DNA of 64,000 bases from a virus, in IMG/VR virus record IMGVR_UViG_3300008262_000018, positions 32,001 to 96,000 of that record; one strand, 5' to 3'. Position numbers and translations under genes: made by a program. The notes beneath the pieces are model-generated. The model had not been told where the DNA came from. It was given only the letters and a program-made list of their open reading frames with translations, and did no database searches. The first letter of the stretch is position 1. The number at the start of each line of letters is the position of its first letter. Shown here one piece after another: positions 46,740 through 56,562 of the stretch.

Positions 46740-47591
46740 TTAAAAAATGTATCTGATATTGTCTGGATTAAAATATTCACAATATAGTGCAGTAAAATCT
46801 TTTACCATTTGTTTCTTAAGCTGCCATTGATATCTAATGTTATCTGGTGCATATTGCGAGTCTTTAGATTCTTGTATTTCAGGTTTCCATAGAAGCTCTC
46901 TCACTTCTTCTGAATTCCTTTCATGCTGAAACTTATTATGTGTCAAAAATATACATTCGCATTTAACATCTATACCTGCAGCCTTCACTTCTTCAAATAG
47001 TTTTCTGTACTCATCTAACCATCCTTCTTCATAAATAATAGGACTGTAATTTATATGCACTTCCATATACTTCTGAAGATGGGGTATAGATTTTATTCTA
47101 TCTGATATAAGATCTGTACCTGGTTCTAGTACACTAGAATACTTCTGAGGCATCAAGCTCACCCTAATTCTGTGCTTACCTGGTAACAAATTGTAGTCAT
47201 CTATAGGAAATCTAGTAGGATATTTAGTGGCAAATGTACTCTTAGCTTGTATAGAGCCATTAAAAAAGTTAAATACCTGCTGCCAATCATAATGTTTAGA
47301 CATTAAAGCTACATCTGTACTACATCCTATATCTATAGTATAATACTTATTATCTGTTTGATTAGGAACTTTGGGCCAGGGTTGCTTCTCTATCCAGTTA
47401 AGCATAGAAAGCTTTATATCATTTATATTCTCATTTATATATACCTTATCATGATTATATCGTCCTACATAACAATAAGACTTCATACAACCTCCTAAAC
47501 ATCCATAAATAAAATTGGGCGCAATTGCATCTGAACTGCGCCCATTGTCTCTAGTTTTTAGGGTCTTTGTTTTTTGCTTTATTATCTTCAT
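46740..47591 (-). CDS. Spore photoproduct lyase-like radical SAM protein
   Basis: GCLGGCMKSYCYV cluster motif, DIGCSTD, FATK, RVSLMP. Confidence 0.75.
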   Translation of the reverse strand: MKIIKQKTKTLKTRDNGRSSDAIAPNFIYGCLGGCMKSYCYVGRYNHDKVYINENINDIKLSMLNWIEKQPWPKVPNQTDNKYYTIDIGCSTDVALMSKHYDWQQVFNFFNGSIQAKSTFATKYPTRFPIDDYNLLPGKHRIRVSLMPQKYSSVLEPGTDLISDRIKSIPHLQKYMEVHINYSPIIYEEGWLDEYRKLFEEVKAAGIDVKCECIFLTHNKFQHERNSEEVRELLWKPEIQESKDSQYAPDNIRYQWQLKKQMVKDFTALYCEYFNPDNIRYIF

Positions 47592-48334
47592 AATAGTAGT
47601 AATAGTAATACAGTTAATACACTTCCTCCTACAGCTCCTTGAACCAAGCCACTTCCATAAGAAGGTTTAGGTTTCTTGTCAAATAGAAACGCATCCACAC
47701 CTGTGTTTTGAAAATACGGATTGGTATGTTTAATCTCAACTCTTGTCCTTGAAGGAACATAAAGTTTGAACTTACCTTTTGTGTTTTTACGAAAAAGACC
47801 CCCTTTCATCTCTGTTAATGCAACATATTGAGAATCAATGAATTTAACTTCATTCATTCTAATTCCTTGCTTTTCAACAGTGGCATCTATTTTGTAATAT
47901 GCTGTAGAGTCTTTTGCTTTAGATCCTATCCTTACAGTGCTATCTTCGTAGTATTTAATTACATCTGCACAAATAGCTAATACACTATCTTCCCACTGTT
48001 TCATTTTAGAAGTATCAACATAAGGGATAGGCTTGTCTTTAATAACAACTTCTGTACCTTGCGCTATAAGAGCTTGCACTTCTTTTACTTTTTTATTATA
48101 CTCATCTCTAGTTTTAAAAAGTCTAGCTCTTAAATCTTGTATACTTTCTTGATTTGTAACTATTTCTACATCTTTAACAGTGATAATATTACCAAGACTA
48201 TCTTTAATTTTATTAGCTTGTGTCAACTCAATCTGTAATTTTTCAAATTGTTCTTGTTGATCACAACTTTTAATTAATAAAGAAACTAAAATAGCAATAA
48301 GTGCTATAATAAATAAATCTTTAACCCATTTCAT
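47588..48334 (-). CDS. Membrane protein, spanin-like
   Basis: N-terminal hydrophobic helix ending IKSC, coiled coil, beta region, C-terminal hydrophobic tail. Confidence 0.45.
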   Translation of the reverse strand: MKWVKDLFIIALIAILVSLLIKSCDQQEQFEKLQIELTQANKIKDSLGNIITVKDVEIVTNQESIQDLRARLFKTRDEYNKKVKEVQALIAQGTEVVIKDKPIPYVDTSKMKQWEDSVLAICADVIKYYEDSTVRIGSKAKDSTAYYKIDATVEKQGIRMNEVKFIDSQYVALTEMKGGLFRKNTKGKFKLYVPSRTRVEIKHTNPYFQNTGVDAFLFDKKPKPSYGSGLVQGAVGGSVLTVLLLLLL

Positions 48335-48348
48335 CTTTTAATTTTTTT

Positions 48349-48978
48349 TTAATTTGTTAATAATTTTTGTTCTATTAATATACCTTCTACAGTAAAAGCA
48401 AGTGATACTAAATCTGAAACATTCCCTACTTTATAATCAAAGTTCCAACTATCTAGTGCAGTTTCAGAAGCGTGAGCATTAATTGGTTTACAAAAAGGTC
48501 TATCAACTCTTATGATTATTCCTCCTTTATCTTTAATAGCTTTAGCTTCATTAGGAAATCTAACATCTGTTATAATCCATTTTGATAAAGGAGTATAGTC
48601 ACACATTAAAGCATTCACCCATGTGTTAGTATGCAAACATTCTCTTAATGCATTTGTACCAAGTATTTGAAGAAACTCACGATGTGTAAGTGGTATTCCA
48701 TGAACGTTCCATTCTGGTCCAAGTTTTTCTTTTTTAAACTCTTGATCTTCGAATTTTTCAATAGGAATACCAGTAAGCAAGGAAGCTACTTGTTTTAGCT
48801 TCCCTGCAAACTTTTTAATTTCCCATTCAGATTGTTCTTCAAGCATCCACTCATATTCAATATAATTATCTAGTATTTTTTTTAGATCAACGCCATTAAA
48901 AGCACTTAACAAATACTGAATAATTTTTCCTACTGTGTCTTTACCTGAGCCTGCGTAGCCATTAATTCCAATTAGCAT
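48349..48978 (-). CDS. Deoxynucleoside monophosphate kinase
   Basis: GINGYAGSGKDT P-loop, ITDVRFPNE, HASE. Confidence 0.85.
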   Translation of the reverse strand: MLIGINGYAGSGKDTVGKIIQYLLSAFNGVDLKKILDNYIEYEWMLEEQSEWEIKKFAGKLKQVASLLTGIPIEKFEDQEFKKEKLGPEWNVHGIPLTHREFLQILGTNALRECLHTNTWVNALMCDYTPLSKWIITDVRFPNEAKAIKDKGGIIIRVDRPFCKPINAHASETALDSWNFDYKVGNVSDLVSLAFTVEGILIEQKLLTN

Positions 48979-48979
48979 A

Positions 48980-50914
48980 TTAAAAAAGAGTTAGTTGTAC
49001 AGAATGTCTTTGGGATATAACTTCAATTTGTTCTATCTGTTTGTAAATCTCTTCTAGATAGTATTTTACATTGATATTATAATTCTCAAAAGGGATTGTT
49101 TCATCGATAGTATTTATAACTGTTTGCATCCACTCTCCTGCTTCCACTTGTATTTGTCTACCATCCGTGTGCTTTTTAATAAGCTTACATCCATTATTAG
49201 ATATATAATATCTTACTATTTTTTGAAGAGGTGTTCTAGATAGTTCTCCTTTCTCAACACATGTTTCTTCAAACTTCCATCCAGCTTTAGCTTTAACACC
49301 TGCGCAATAGTCATATATGTTTTGATTCTGTTCTAAGAACTCTTCTGGTTTTATACCATGAACAAAATATCCATATATAGCTTTAGGAATGATGAGAAAA
49401 CTTTTGTTCTTGTGAAACACACTTACCTTTTTCTTTTCTAAGTCTTCCCATTCAAATGCGCCTTTACACTTCACTTTCCCTGACTTATGTACAGCAATAT
49501 AGTTATTAACATCTCTAATAATCATCTTACTATATTCATCGTGTTCAAGACTTAGTTGTGTAAGCTTTTCCCATTTCTCACATACTTTCATGTACAAAGG
49601 TACAGATTCTGTTGGAATCATCATCTCTAAACCATCTGTATTTTGCATAAGAGGTATACCATCTGGAATAGCCAAACTTAACATTTCGTAGAGTTTAGAA
49701 AGAAGAAGTTGCCCATTAATGGTAATCTGCATAGTCATCTTTGGATCATACAGAAAACTATTCTCATCACCTGTCAAACCATATGTACTATTAAGAATAA
49801 TCTTATATACATAGTTTTTAGGGTCTGTTTTAGGTAGTTTCTTTCTTTCTTCAAAGAACCACTCATACAGCTCACAGAATTCTTTTTGAGGGAGATGTGC
49901 TGGATGAAATCCATTTTTAATAGCTAGATTGGGATAGAAGCTTGTAACATCTGAAGTCATAATAGTCCATCCAGGTTGGGCTTCATAAACTCCTGTATCA
50001 GCAGCACCGTGGATACCACCTAAACCATAATCTGTTTTAACACCTTTATGATTTATAGTAAATTTAAACCCATCTTTTGTAGAAGTTATCACCTTACTTT
50101 TAAAGTAGTTATAAACTTTCTGAAATTCTGATGTTTCAAAACTTACATAAGGAAGGATGCAAGATCCAAGATCAATCATAGAACGCTTTGTTCTAAGCTG
50201 CTTAATCTCAGACTTATCCATTTGAATCTTCTCTTCTAAGAAATGAAGAAACAACTCTTTAGATATTCTAGGTTCTGATGCTGAATAAAGATCTATACCA
50301 TATTCTGCTGTAAGAGTTTGTCTAAGAGCTATTTGTTCTTTAGAATGTTCTAGCACTTTCTTAGTAGACATTACGTCATTAACACAATACTTAACAACAG
50401 AATTTAAAGTGTGAGAATCTGTCACAGGTTCAAAGTGAGGATGTGGCATATCTTCTACATTCTGCCAATCCATAGAGAATTGTATCCATTTTAAACTACT
50501 CATCTTAGCTTTATTATCCCAGTGATTCATTTTAAATAAATCTATCTGTCTAATCTTAAGCTTGTTTGGTGAATACTTTTGAAACTCGCCTTTGTCTGTA
50601 CGCTCTATCACTTCTTGTGCAAACTTATATAACTCCTTAGCTAAGTCTTCACCAGATAGTTTAGCAAACTTAGATTCGTTATTAAGAATGTGCTGAGTTA
50701 TTTGAGCGTCAAATGCCAAACCATTATAAGAGATGTGCCACTCTTTATGTTTGACATTTCCTTTTAAGAAGCTTATAAAACGAGTGAAGTCATTTGTCGA
50801 TTTATTTATGACAAATGTCCTTTTAACAGAGTCATCTTTATAGTGAACAAATACACCTACGAAACAATTACAAATGGTTTCGTAGTCCATTACCCAATGA
50901 TTTTTCTTTTCCAT
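48980..50914 (-). CDS. polB: DNA polymerase family B with 3'-5' exonuclease
   Basis: MDYET, YNGLAFD, YCVNDV exonuclease motifs; SDVTSFYPN, YKIILNSTYG, NTDG polymerase motifs. Confidence 0.92.
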   Translation of the reverse strand: MEKKNHWVMDYETICNCFVGVFVHYKDDSVKRTFVINKSTNDFTRFISFLKGNVKHKEWHISYNGLAFDAQITQHILNNESKFAKLSGEDLAKELYKFAQEVIERTDKGEFQKYSPNKLKIRQIDLFKMNHWDNKAKMSSLKWIQFSMDWQNVEDMPHPHFEPVTDSHTLNSVVKYCVNDVMSTKKVLEHSKEQIALRQTLTAEYGIDLYSASEPRISKELFLHFLEEKIQMDKSEIKQLRTKRSMIDLGSCILPYVSFETSEFQKVYNYFKSKVITSTKDGFKFTINHKGVKTDYGLGGIHGAADTGVYEAQPGWTIMTSDVTSFYPNLAIKNGFHPAHLPQKEFCELYEWFFEERKKLPKTDPKNYVYKIILNSTYGLTGDENSFLYDPKMTMQITINGQLLLSKLYEMLSLAIPDGIPLMQNTDGLEMMIPTESVPLYMKVCEKWEKLTQLSLEHDEYSKMIIRDVNNYIAVHKSGKVKCKGAFEWEDLEKKKVSVFHKNKSFLIIPKAIYGYFVHGIKPEEFLEQNQNIYDYCAGVKAKAGWKFEETCVEKGELSRTPLQKIVRYYISNNGCKLIKKHTDGRQIQVEAGEWMQTVINTIDETIPFENYNINVKYYLEEIYKQIEQIEVISQRHSVQLTLF

Positions 50915-50951
50915 GTCCTTTGTGTTCAGTTAAGCTGTTCCCCCTTAAAAT

Positions 50952-50960
50952 GTAAAGATA
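50952..50960 (-). promoter_or_regulatory. Putative -7 promoter variant TATCTTTAC upstream of polB
   Basis: Same motif as 1895 and 51424; immediately after a terminator. Confidence 0.4.
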
Positions 50961-50991
50961 AAAAAAGGAGAGATATAAAATCTCTCCTTTC
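50960..50991 (-). terminator. Intrinsic terminator after 51010-51411
   Basis: AAAGGAGAGA/TCTCTCCTTT stem with a T-run on the - strand. Confidence 0.75.
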
Positions 50992-51009
50992 TTATTTTTT
51001 ATAAACTTT

Positions 51010-51411
51010 TTACAGAGCTGTAAGAAGTGACTTCTGTGGTTGTGCTTCTTTAATCATCAGTGTTTTGAAATCAAAATCATCTGCATTTAATGCAAAACGA
51101 TTTACAATTGTTTCAATCTCTTCAGGAACTTCTACAAAATATTCGTAGTAAGTGTCAAGAGTCTTACGCTCTTCTGCATAGTCTTTACCATTAGAACGCT
51201 TTCCTACTTTCATAGGAACTACGTCTCCCCACTCATTAAGTTTAGCCATCATGTGCATTGTTTGCTTTTGTTCTTTAGAAATAAGAGCAAGAACACCTGC
51301 TTGAGGATCATAAATAGCTTCGTTGTAAGGACATTCAAGTGTGATTGGGATCATTTTGAATGTCTTTTGTTGTCCCCATGTGGACGTTACTAACATCATT
51401 GAATCTTTCAT
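51010..51411 (-). CDS. Hypothetical phage protein
   Basis: ORF in the replication block; FKMIP...CPYNEAIYDP. Confidence 0.7.
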   Translation of the reverse strand: MKDSMMLVTSTWGQQKTFKMIPITLECPYNEAIYDPQAGVLALISKEQKQTMHMMAKLNEWGDVVPMKVGKRSNGKDYAEERKTLDTYYEYFVEVPEEIETIVNRFALNADDFDFKTLMIKEAQPQKSLLTAL

Positions 51412-51429
51412 AATAGTTTTTTTGTAAAG

Positions 51430-51987
51430 TTAATTATCTTTTTTTGAAAGTTCCAAACTTTTTATTGGAACAGTTAATGTTTCTTTGTCAAGATCGCAAG
51501 GATCACACAGCTCACCTATCTTTTTAAGATCTACAATATCTACGTCTAATAGTTTAGCATAGACATCAAAGTATTTCTCTGGAAAAAGATAGCTTTCCAT
51601 ATACTCATATTCTGCAGACTTCTCTCCATAATATGACTTAATTGCTTTCTTAAATGTTGAAGACAACTTGGAATATTTACCTAAGAGAAAGTTAAACCAA
51701 TCAGATTCATAAACTCTAAGATCAAATATATAAAGTTTATAACCTTCCAACTCAATGATTCTATCAAAAAGTGGATTAGTTATTAACATTTGTTCTTCAA
51801 AGTTTTTGAATTCAGCGGTATCTTCTTGCTTAAAAGTACATATTAGTTTGACATCAACAGCATCTATAAGATTTTCAATAGCAATATATGTTCCTGTAGG
51901 AGCTGTGTAACTTCCTTTTTTTATACCTAAAATAGGGTATAAAAAAGATTTTGACTTTTGGAAATATTTAGAATAGATGCTATTCAT
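51430..51987 (-). CDS. Hypothetical phage protein
   Basis: ORF; KSKSFLYPILG...GKYSKLS pattern seen next to the exonuclease in crAss-like genomes. Confidence 0.7.
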   Translation of the reverse strand: MNSIYSKYFQKSKSFLYPILGIKKGSYTAPTGTYIAIENLIDAVDVKLICTFKQEDTAEFKNFEEQMLITNPLFDRIIELEGYKLYIFDLRVYESDWFNFLLGKYSKLSSTFKKAIKSYYGEKSAEYEYMESYLFPEKYFDVYAKLLDVDIVDLKKIGELCDPCDLDKETLTVPIKSLELSKKDN

Positions 51988-51997
51988 TGATTTCTTT

Positions 51998-53056
51998 TTA
52001 CAACACGACCTTTCCTAGTGCAAATTCGTATGGTAGGTCGTATCTTTTGTTTATATAATGCCATTCGGCTTTTTCCAAACACGTTAAAAATCTTGTTAAC
52101 CAATCTCCTAATGTTTTAGTGCTTACTAAAAACGGGTAGACATTGAACATTTTATCTATTACAATAAATCTAAATTCAACAGAATACCCTTCAGTATCAA
52201 TATAATTAAAAAACTTGGTAGTAACAAGAGTTGTGTATATCACTGCTTGCATCCAATAAGAGTAAAATTCAACAGAATCCTGGAAATCTTTTAGATCTTT
52301 ACTTGTAGTTTTAACATCATTAATACGAATAACTTTTTTATCGTGATCTACTACAATGTTATCAATAATACCTTTAAGACCAAAAGGTTTGCCATTCATT
52401 TGTGCATTTAACAAAACCTCGTTATAAACATCTTTATTGTCAAACTCTGTTACGTTACATCCTATAAGTTCACATATTTGAACATCTGTCTTAATAAGAT
52501 CTACAGCATTTTTACAAAACTCATACGTTTGTTGATCTATTAATGTTTTATTTCCTTTTGTTTTAAGAAAATCCCAATAGTTAATAGCATCACCTGTAAG
52601 AATTTTATCAAGACGCTGCTGATCTGTTTTTAAAGATTGATGTAAGTTTATATCTTTAAGAACATCTAATATTGCTTGATCAAAATCTTCTAGTCTATCT
52701 CTTTCATCTCCGTTTTTCTCAAGTTCAAGGTGATGAAAAAATACTCTATCAATAACTAATTTAAGATTACCTGTAGGAAGAACACCAGGGCTAATAATAA
52801 ACAAGTCATTGAATTTATTTTCTTCTAGCAATAAAGCGTGTATAATTTTACCATGTACTAAATGTGCATCAGTTTTTTCTTCTTTCATTTTAAGAATGTA
52901 TAGCTGATGAAACACAACAGGGTTCCACAATAGTTTGTTCAAACTACTGTAAGAAAATTCAAAAGGTTTACTATAAAACTCATCTTGCAGAATCTTAACT
53001 GATTCTGTAGCTAAGTCTGCGATCATTTTGTCTTCAAAAAATTCATCTAGTTCCAT
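51998..53056 (-). CDS. PD-(D/E)xK exonuclease (RecE/Cas4-like)
   Basis: FSYSSL, GKIIHALLL, KGIIDNI...INDVKTT, YWMQAVIY. Confidence 0.82.
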   Translation of the reverse strand: MELDEFFEDKMIADLATESVKILQDEFYSKPFEFSYSSLNKLLWNPVVFHQLYILKMKEEKTDAHLVHGKIIHALLLEENKFNDLFIISPGVLPTGNLKLVIDRVFFHHLELEKNGDERDRLEDFDQAILDVLKDINLHQSLKTDQQRLDKILTGDAINYWDFLKTKGNKTLIDQQTYEFCKNAVDLIKTDVQICELIGCNVTEFDNKDVYNEVLLNAQMNGKPFGLKGIIDNIVVDHDKKVIRINDVKTTSKDLKDFQDSVEFYSYWMQAVIYTTLVTTKFFNYIDTEGYSVEFRFIVIDKMFNVYPFLVSTKTLGDWLTRFLTCLEKAEWHYINKRYDLPYEFALGKVVL

Positions 53057-53229
53057 ACTCCTAATTCTTTTAAAATTATTGTAATTCTTGATGCAGTGTC
53101 TTTGTCTTTTGTTAACGCTTCTTCATATTCTAAAAAGTCTGTTAACACTTTAATTTTTTTTCTTTGATTCTCAAAGTGTTCTATAATTATTTCATCTGCT
53201 GGTCGATTATCATCATTATGCATTTCCAT
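53047..53229 (-). CDS. Small hypothetical protein (start probably MEMHN at 53229)
   Basis: Short overlaps with both neighbours when started at 53229. Confidence 0.5.
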   Translation of the reverse strand: MEMHNDDNRPADEIIIEHFENQRKKIKVLTDFLEYEEALTKDKDTASRITIILKELGVWN

Positions 53230-53626
53230 TTTTTTCAGTTTTAGTTTTAATATCGTGACAACCAGAGCATAACACTTGCAAGTTGTCTGCTTCACAAAAT
53301 AGTCTTTCTACAAACCCAGGAAGATCATTAGCACACTTTAGTGTACCAGCAGGAATGATGTGATCAACATTGATATTCTTTTCAGGATGCCATTGTTTAC
53401 ACTCGTTACACTGATACTCAAACTTTTGTCTTTTGTTTGGACCCTTATATGCTCTACGTGCTTTCATCTTACACTGAGTGATAGGTTTCCACCATCTAGA
53501 CTTTTGTCGTAACGCGCTTCTAATAAAACTCCAAAAAGCTGATTCTGTCATAGTTCCTGCGTTTCTTGGCTTAGGAGTAACAGCTCTTACTTTTCTAGGT
53601 TTTTTATATACCTTCTTGCGTTTCAT
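53216..53626 (-). CDS. HNH endonuclease
   Basis: CNEC...VDHIIP...NLQVLCSGCHDIKT. Confidence 0.85.
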   Translation of the reverse strand: MKRKKVYKKPRKVRAVTPKPRNAGTMTESAFWSFIRSALRQKSRWWKPITQCKMKARRAYKGPNKRQKFEYQCNECKQWHPEKNINVDHIIPAGTLKCANDLPGFVERLFCEADNLQVLCSGCHDIKTKTEKNGNA

Positions 53627-54593
53627 TTATTTTCTTATTTATTATAGGGACAATATAGTCTCTCACCTTCTTTGCACCATGATCTCTGATACTATCTGAT
53701 ATATCCTTACTCAAAGGTAGCAAAGCTGTTTTAATAAAACTATATCTTTCTCTATATTTTTCCATTGCTTCAATACCAGCTTTATCATTGTCAAACATTA
53801 CAATAATGTTCTCATATTCATTTTGCCAGCATTCTATATCAGAAGATGGTAACATTGAATTCTCAGAAGCTGCTGCAACTATGTTTAAATTAGCTAGCTT
53901 TAATGATTTTAAAGACATAACATCTTTTAAACTAGATGTAATAATAAGATGCTTATACGGAGGTTTGCATTGTTCTGCACCTTGTATATGACTCTTAATA
54001 TTTATAAACTTCTTGTCTAAATTCTTTGGTTGGTATATCTTATAAAGAGTGCCATCTTTTTTAAAATAACCATAAATATAACTTCCTTTGATTTCAATTG
54101 TATCAGAATCTTTTGTCATAACATATTTTTCCAATGGGAAAACACAATGTTCTTCTAAAAGTCTAGATCCAATATTAAATTGGGTCCAATAATACTGATC
54201 TTTTGTTGTCCAGTCTCTTTTTACAAAAGAAGTCACTTTAAATTTAGAGAATTGTTTTATCTCTTTAGACTCGTATCCGCAGCCACTTTTAAGAATACAA
54301 TCATTATATTCTTCTATTATCTTTTGACATACATGATGGTACTTGAGTCCTGATATCTCTTTTACAAGATCTACAGCAGACCCATACTTTCCAGATGAGA
54401 AATCTTTATACCTATAAGTATTATACTTATCAGTATAAAAAATACACATACTGGGAGTTCGTTCTTGATTAAACATAGATTTAATCTTAACGTCTTGACC
54501 TTCAAGCTTTTGATTTAATTTACAATAATGTTCAAATATCCATGTATCTGGGACATCTTTTATATCGTGAACCAAATTTCTTATTCTAAACAT
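53604..54593 (-). CDS. DNA primase (crAss-type DnaG/TOPRIM)
   Basis: ERTPS..YKDFSSG, KIYQP, IITSSLKD, FDNDKAG, KDISD; start reassigned to ATG 54593 because the longer start crosses a terminator. Confidence 0.82.
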   Translation of the reverse strand: MFRIRNLVHDIKDVPDTWIFEHYCKLNQKLEGQDVKIKSMFNQERTPSMCIFYTDKYNTYRYKDFSSGKYGSAVDLVKEISGLKYHHVCQKIIEEYNDCILKSGCGYESKEIKQFSKFKVTSFVKRDWTTKDQYYWTQFNIGSRLLEEHCVFPLEKYVMTKDSDTIEIKGSYIYGYFKKDGTLYKIYQPKNLDKKFINIKSHIQGAEQCKPPYKHLIITSSLKDVMSLKSLKLANLNIVAAASENSMLPSSDIECWQNEYENIIVMFDNDKAGIEAMEKYRERYSFIKTALLPLSKDISDSIRDHGAKKVRDYIVPIINKKINETQEGI

Positions 54594-54598
54594 AGGCT

Positions 54599-54629
54599 TA
54601 AAAATTAAGGGGGTGTAAAAACACCCCCC
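54599..54629 (-). terminator. Terminator/attenuator hairpin between the SSB and primase genes
   Basis: GGGGGTGT/ACACCCCC stem followed by TTAATTTTT on the - strand. Confidence 0.65.
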
Positions 54630-54654
54630 ATGGACATGTTGGTTTTCTTCTAAA

Positions 54655-55281
54655 CTATAGATCAAAATCGCTACCAGCAGCTTCAAAACTCTTTACAGAA
54701 GAGTCTTTAGCTAATGGCTTATAATGATATTGATTATTTTTATCAAATGTATCTATTTCAGATGTAAGATTACCACAGAACTTAAACTTAGGTAGAGAAA
54801 GTTTTACAATAGTTTTACCATTGTATTCTTCTTCGTTACCTTTTAAGAACCAATAAAGATCATGACCTTTGATGATTTCTGTAGCTTTTTCAACCCACTG
54901 CTCAATAGAAGTGATTTGATGTTGCTCAGAAATATTATCAAGCTCATCTTTAAGTCCAAGCTTTTGTGCAATAACAACAAAACGATTTAAGATTTGATTT
55001 TTATTGATATCATCTTCGTTATATTGATCAGTCCAAATAGTTCCACTTACACGTGAAGATTGACCTTTAAACTTTGGTCCTTCTAGATCGTTCTTGTCAA
55101 TAGCCCATCCTTCAAAGTTCTCAAGTGCTGGTCCTTCCAACACAAACTCAAGCATTTTCTTACCTGTCTTTTCAGATGATTTGATTGTTGCACTATGCAC
55201 GTGAGCTAACACTACACCTGGTTGCAGAGATTTTGAAGGTCCACTGCTGCCTTTGACTTCTTGTCCTTTTGTACTAAACAT
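54655..55281 (-). CDS. Putative single-stranded DNA-binding protein
   Basis: OB-fold-like beta pattern, acidic-aromatic C-terminus (GSDFDL), located after the AAA ATPase. Confidence 0.6.
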   Translation of the reverse strand: MFSTKGQEVKGSSGPSKSLQPGVVLAHVHSATIKSSEKTGKKMLEFVLEGPALENFEGWAIDKNDLEGPKFKGQSSRVSGTIWTDQYNEDDINKNQILNRFVVIAQKLGLKDELDNISEQHQITSIEQWVEKATEIIKGHDLYWFLKGNEEEYNGKTIVKLSLPKFKFCGNLTSEIDTFDKNNQYHYKPLAKDSSVKSFEAAGSDFDL

Positions 55282-55314
55282 AATTGTTGTTTTTAAAATG
55301 TAAAAATAAGAGAA

Positions 55315-55998
55315 TTAATTTTCATAATCAAGAATTGCATCACGAACAATTTGCAAATTATTTTCAATTTCCAAACTGTTGAACATCCCTCTAGGAGACT
55401 TACAAGTGTTCTCGCCATTTGTTTGTGTTTCAAACACATAACGAATAACACCTTCTTTGTTTTTCTTCACCTTGCCAAATAGAACAATAGAGAATAAACC
55501 TTCTAATGTAAGTTTTTCATCTACCATACGTCCTATTGTTTTAGCTTTGAATTTACGTTTACCTTCCATATCAGTAGATTCTTCTGCATGCGTTAGAATA
55601 AAGATCATAAGATCATCTCTTAGATCTTTAGGTAGTCTAGCAACACGTGCAAGATGAGCACCAATTTTTGTAAACTTCTCATAGCCTTTTTCATCTACCT
55701 TGTCAAAAAATTCAAAACTGCTCATGTATTGAAAATCATCAATCACGACATTTTTGATTTCTGGACGTTTCTCACTTATGTAACGTAAGCAAGCTTCAAT
55801 ACTTTCAGGAGTGGCTTTATCATAAAGATTGCCTCCTAAGTTTTCTTTGCTCCATGCTACATACTTTTTTCTCCATCCTTTAAAAGGAAGAGGTTTGTTT
55901 GCTACATTAATAATGAACGTTTCTTTTGGATCTAGAGCTTCAATACTTGTAGACTTACCTGCTCCAGATTCTGCGATAATGAGGATTCCTTGTCCCAT
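55315..55998 (-). CDS. AAA_24 / Sak4-like ATPase
   Basis: AESGAGKST Walker A, VVIDDFQY Walker B, KTIGRMVDEK. Confidence 0.8.
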   Translation of the reverse strand: MGQGILIIAESGAGKSTSIEALDPKETFIINVANKPLPFKGWRKKYVAWSKENLGGNLYDKATPESIEACLRYISEKRPEIKNVVIDDFQYMSSFEFFDKVDEKGYEKFTKIGAHLARVARLPKDLRDDLMIFILTHAEESTDMEGKRKFKAKTIGRMVDEKLTLEGLFSIVLFGKVKKNKEGVIRYVFETQTNGENTCKSPRGMFNSLEIENNLQIVRDAILDYEN

Positions 55999-56000
55999 AT

Positions 56001-56552
56001 TTACGGTATTTGTTTAATTAGTTCATTGAGCCATCCTTTACTACTAACTGGTTTACCTGTATGAATAGCAATGTAATCTCTTATAGTCATATCACTATAA
56101 GGAGCATCATCAACAGTTGTGTTAGTACTAAAAATTTTTACAGTGGAAGGTGACTCATCCTTCATCTTTTTTAGAATACTATCTCCACTTAAAACAGCAG
56201 CATCTTTACTAATTGCTACAGAGTGAGGATCAACAGTTCTTAATACTTCTAAGGGTACTAAATATCTATCAGCGTATATAGGATCTGGTATAGCTTCTTC
56301 TTTTTCAGAATTAGGAAGTCTATACACTGTTCTATTTTCATCTGCAAAACCACTATAGTCTCCTTTTACCACTTCAAAGTAGAGACCTTTTGGTTTTGTA
56401 AATTCATACCCCATAATTGGAACCACTATAGTTCCTTCGTGTCTAAAGATTTTCTTGATTGTGAAATCTGTTTCACTAATTCTTAAATCGTTAATTAAAT
56501 TTCGATGATAACGTCTTGCTTCAATGAGCAATTCTTCTCTTTCTTTACTCAT
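56001..56552 (-). CDS. Hypothetical protein (start probably MSKER)
   Basis: C-terminal DAPYSDMTIRDYIAIH motif; start moved to avoid overlap with dnaB. Confidence 0.6.
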   Translation of the reverse strand: MSKEREELLIEARRYHRNLINDLRISETDFTIKKIFRHEGTIVVPIMGYEFTKPKGLYFEVVKGDYSGFADENRTVYRLPNSEKEEAIPDPIYADRYLVPLEVLRTVDPHSVAISKDAAVLSGDSILKKMKDESPSTVKIFSTNTTVDDAPYSDMTIRDYIAIHTGKPVSSKGWLNELIKQIP

Positions 56553-56562
56553 AATTATTTTT

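Noticed and set aside
50915-50946. Translational operator hairpin in the polB leader
   Set aside because: Only a 3-bp stem (CAG/CTG), too weak to support.
54594-54686. Extended primase N-terminus from the ORF track
   Set aside because: It crosses the SSB stop and a terminator hairpin; ATG 54593 is more plausible.
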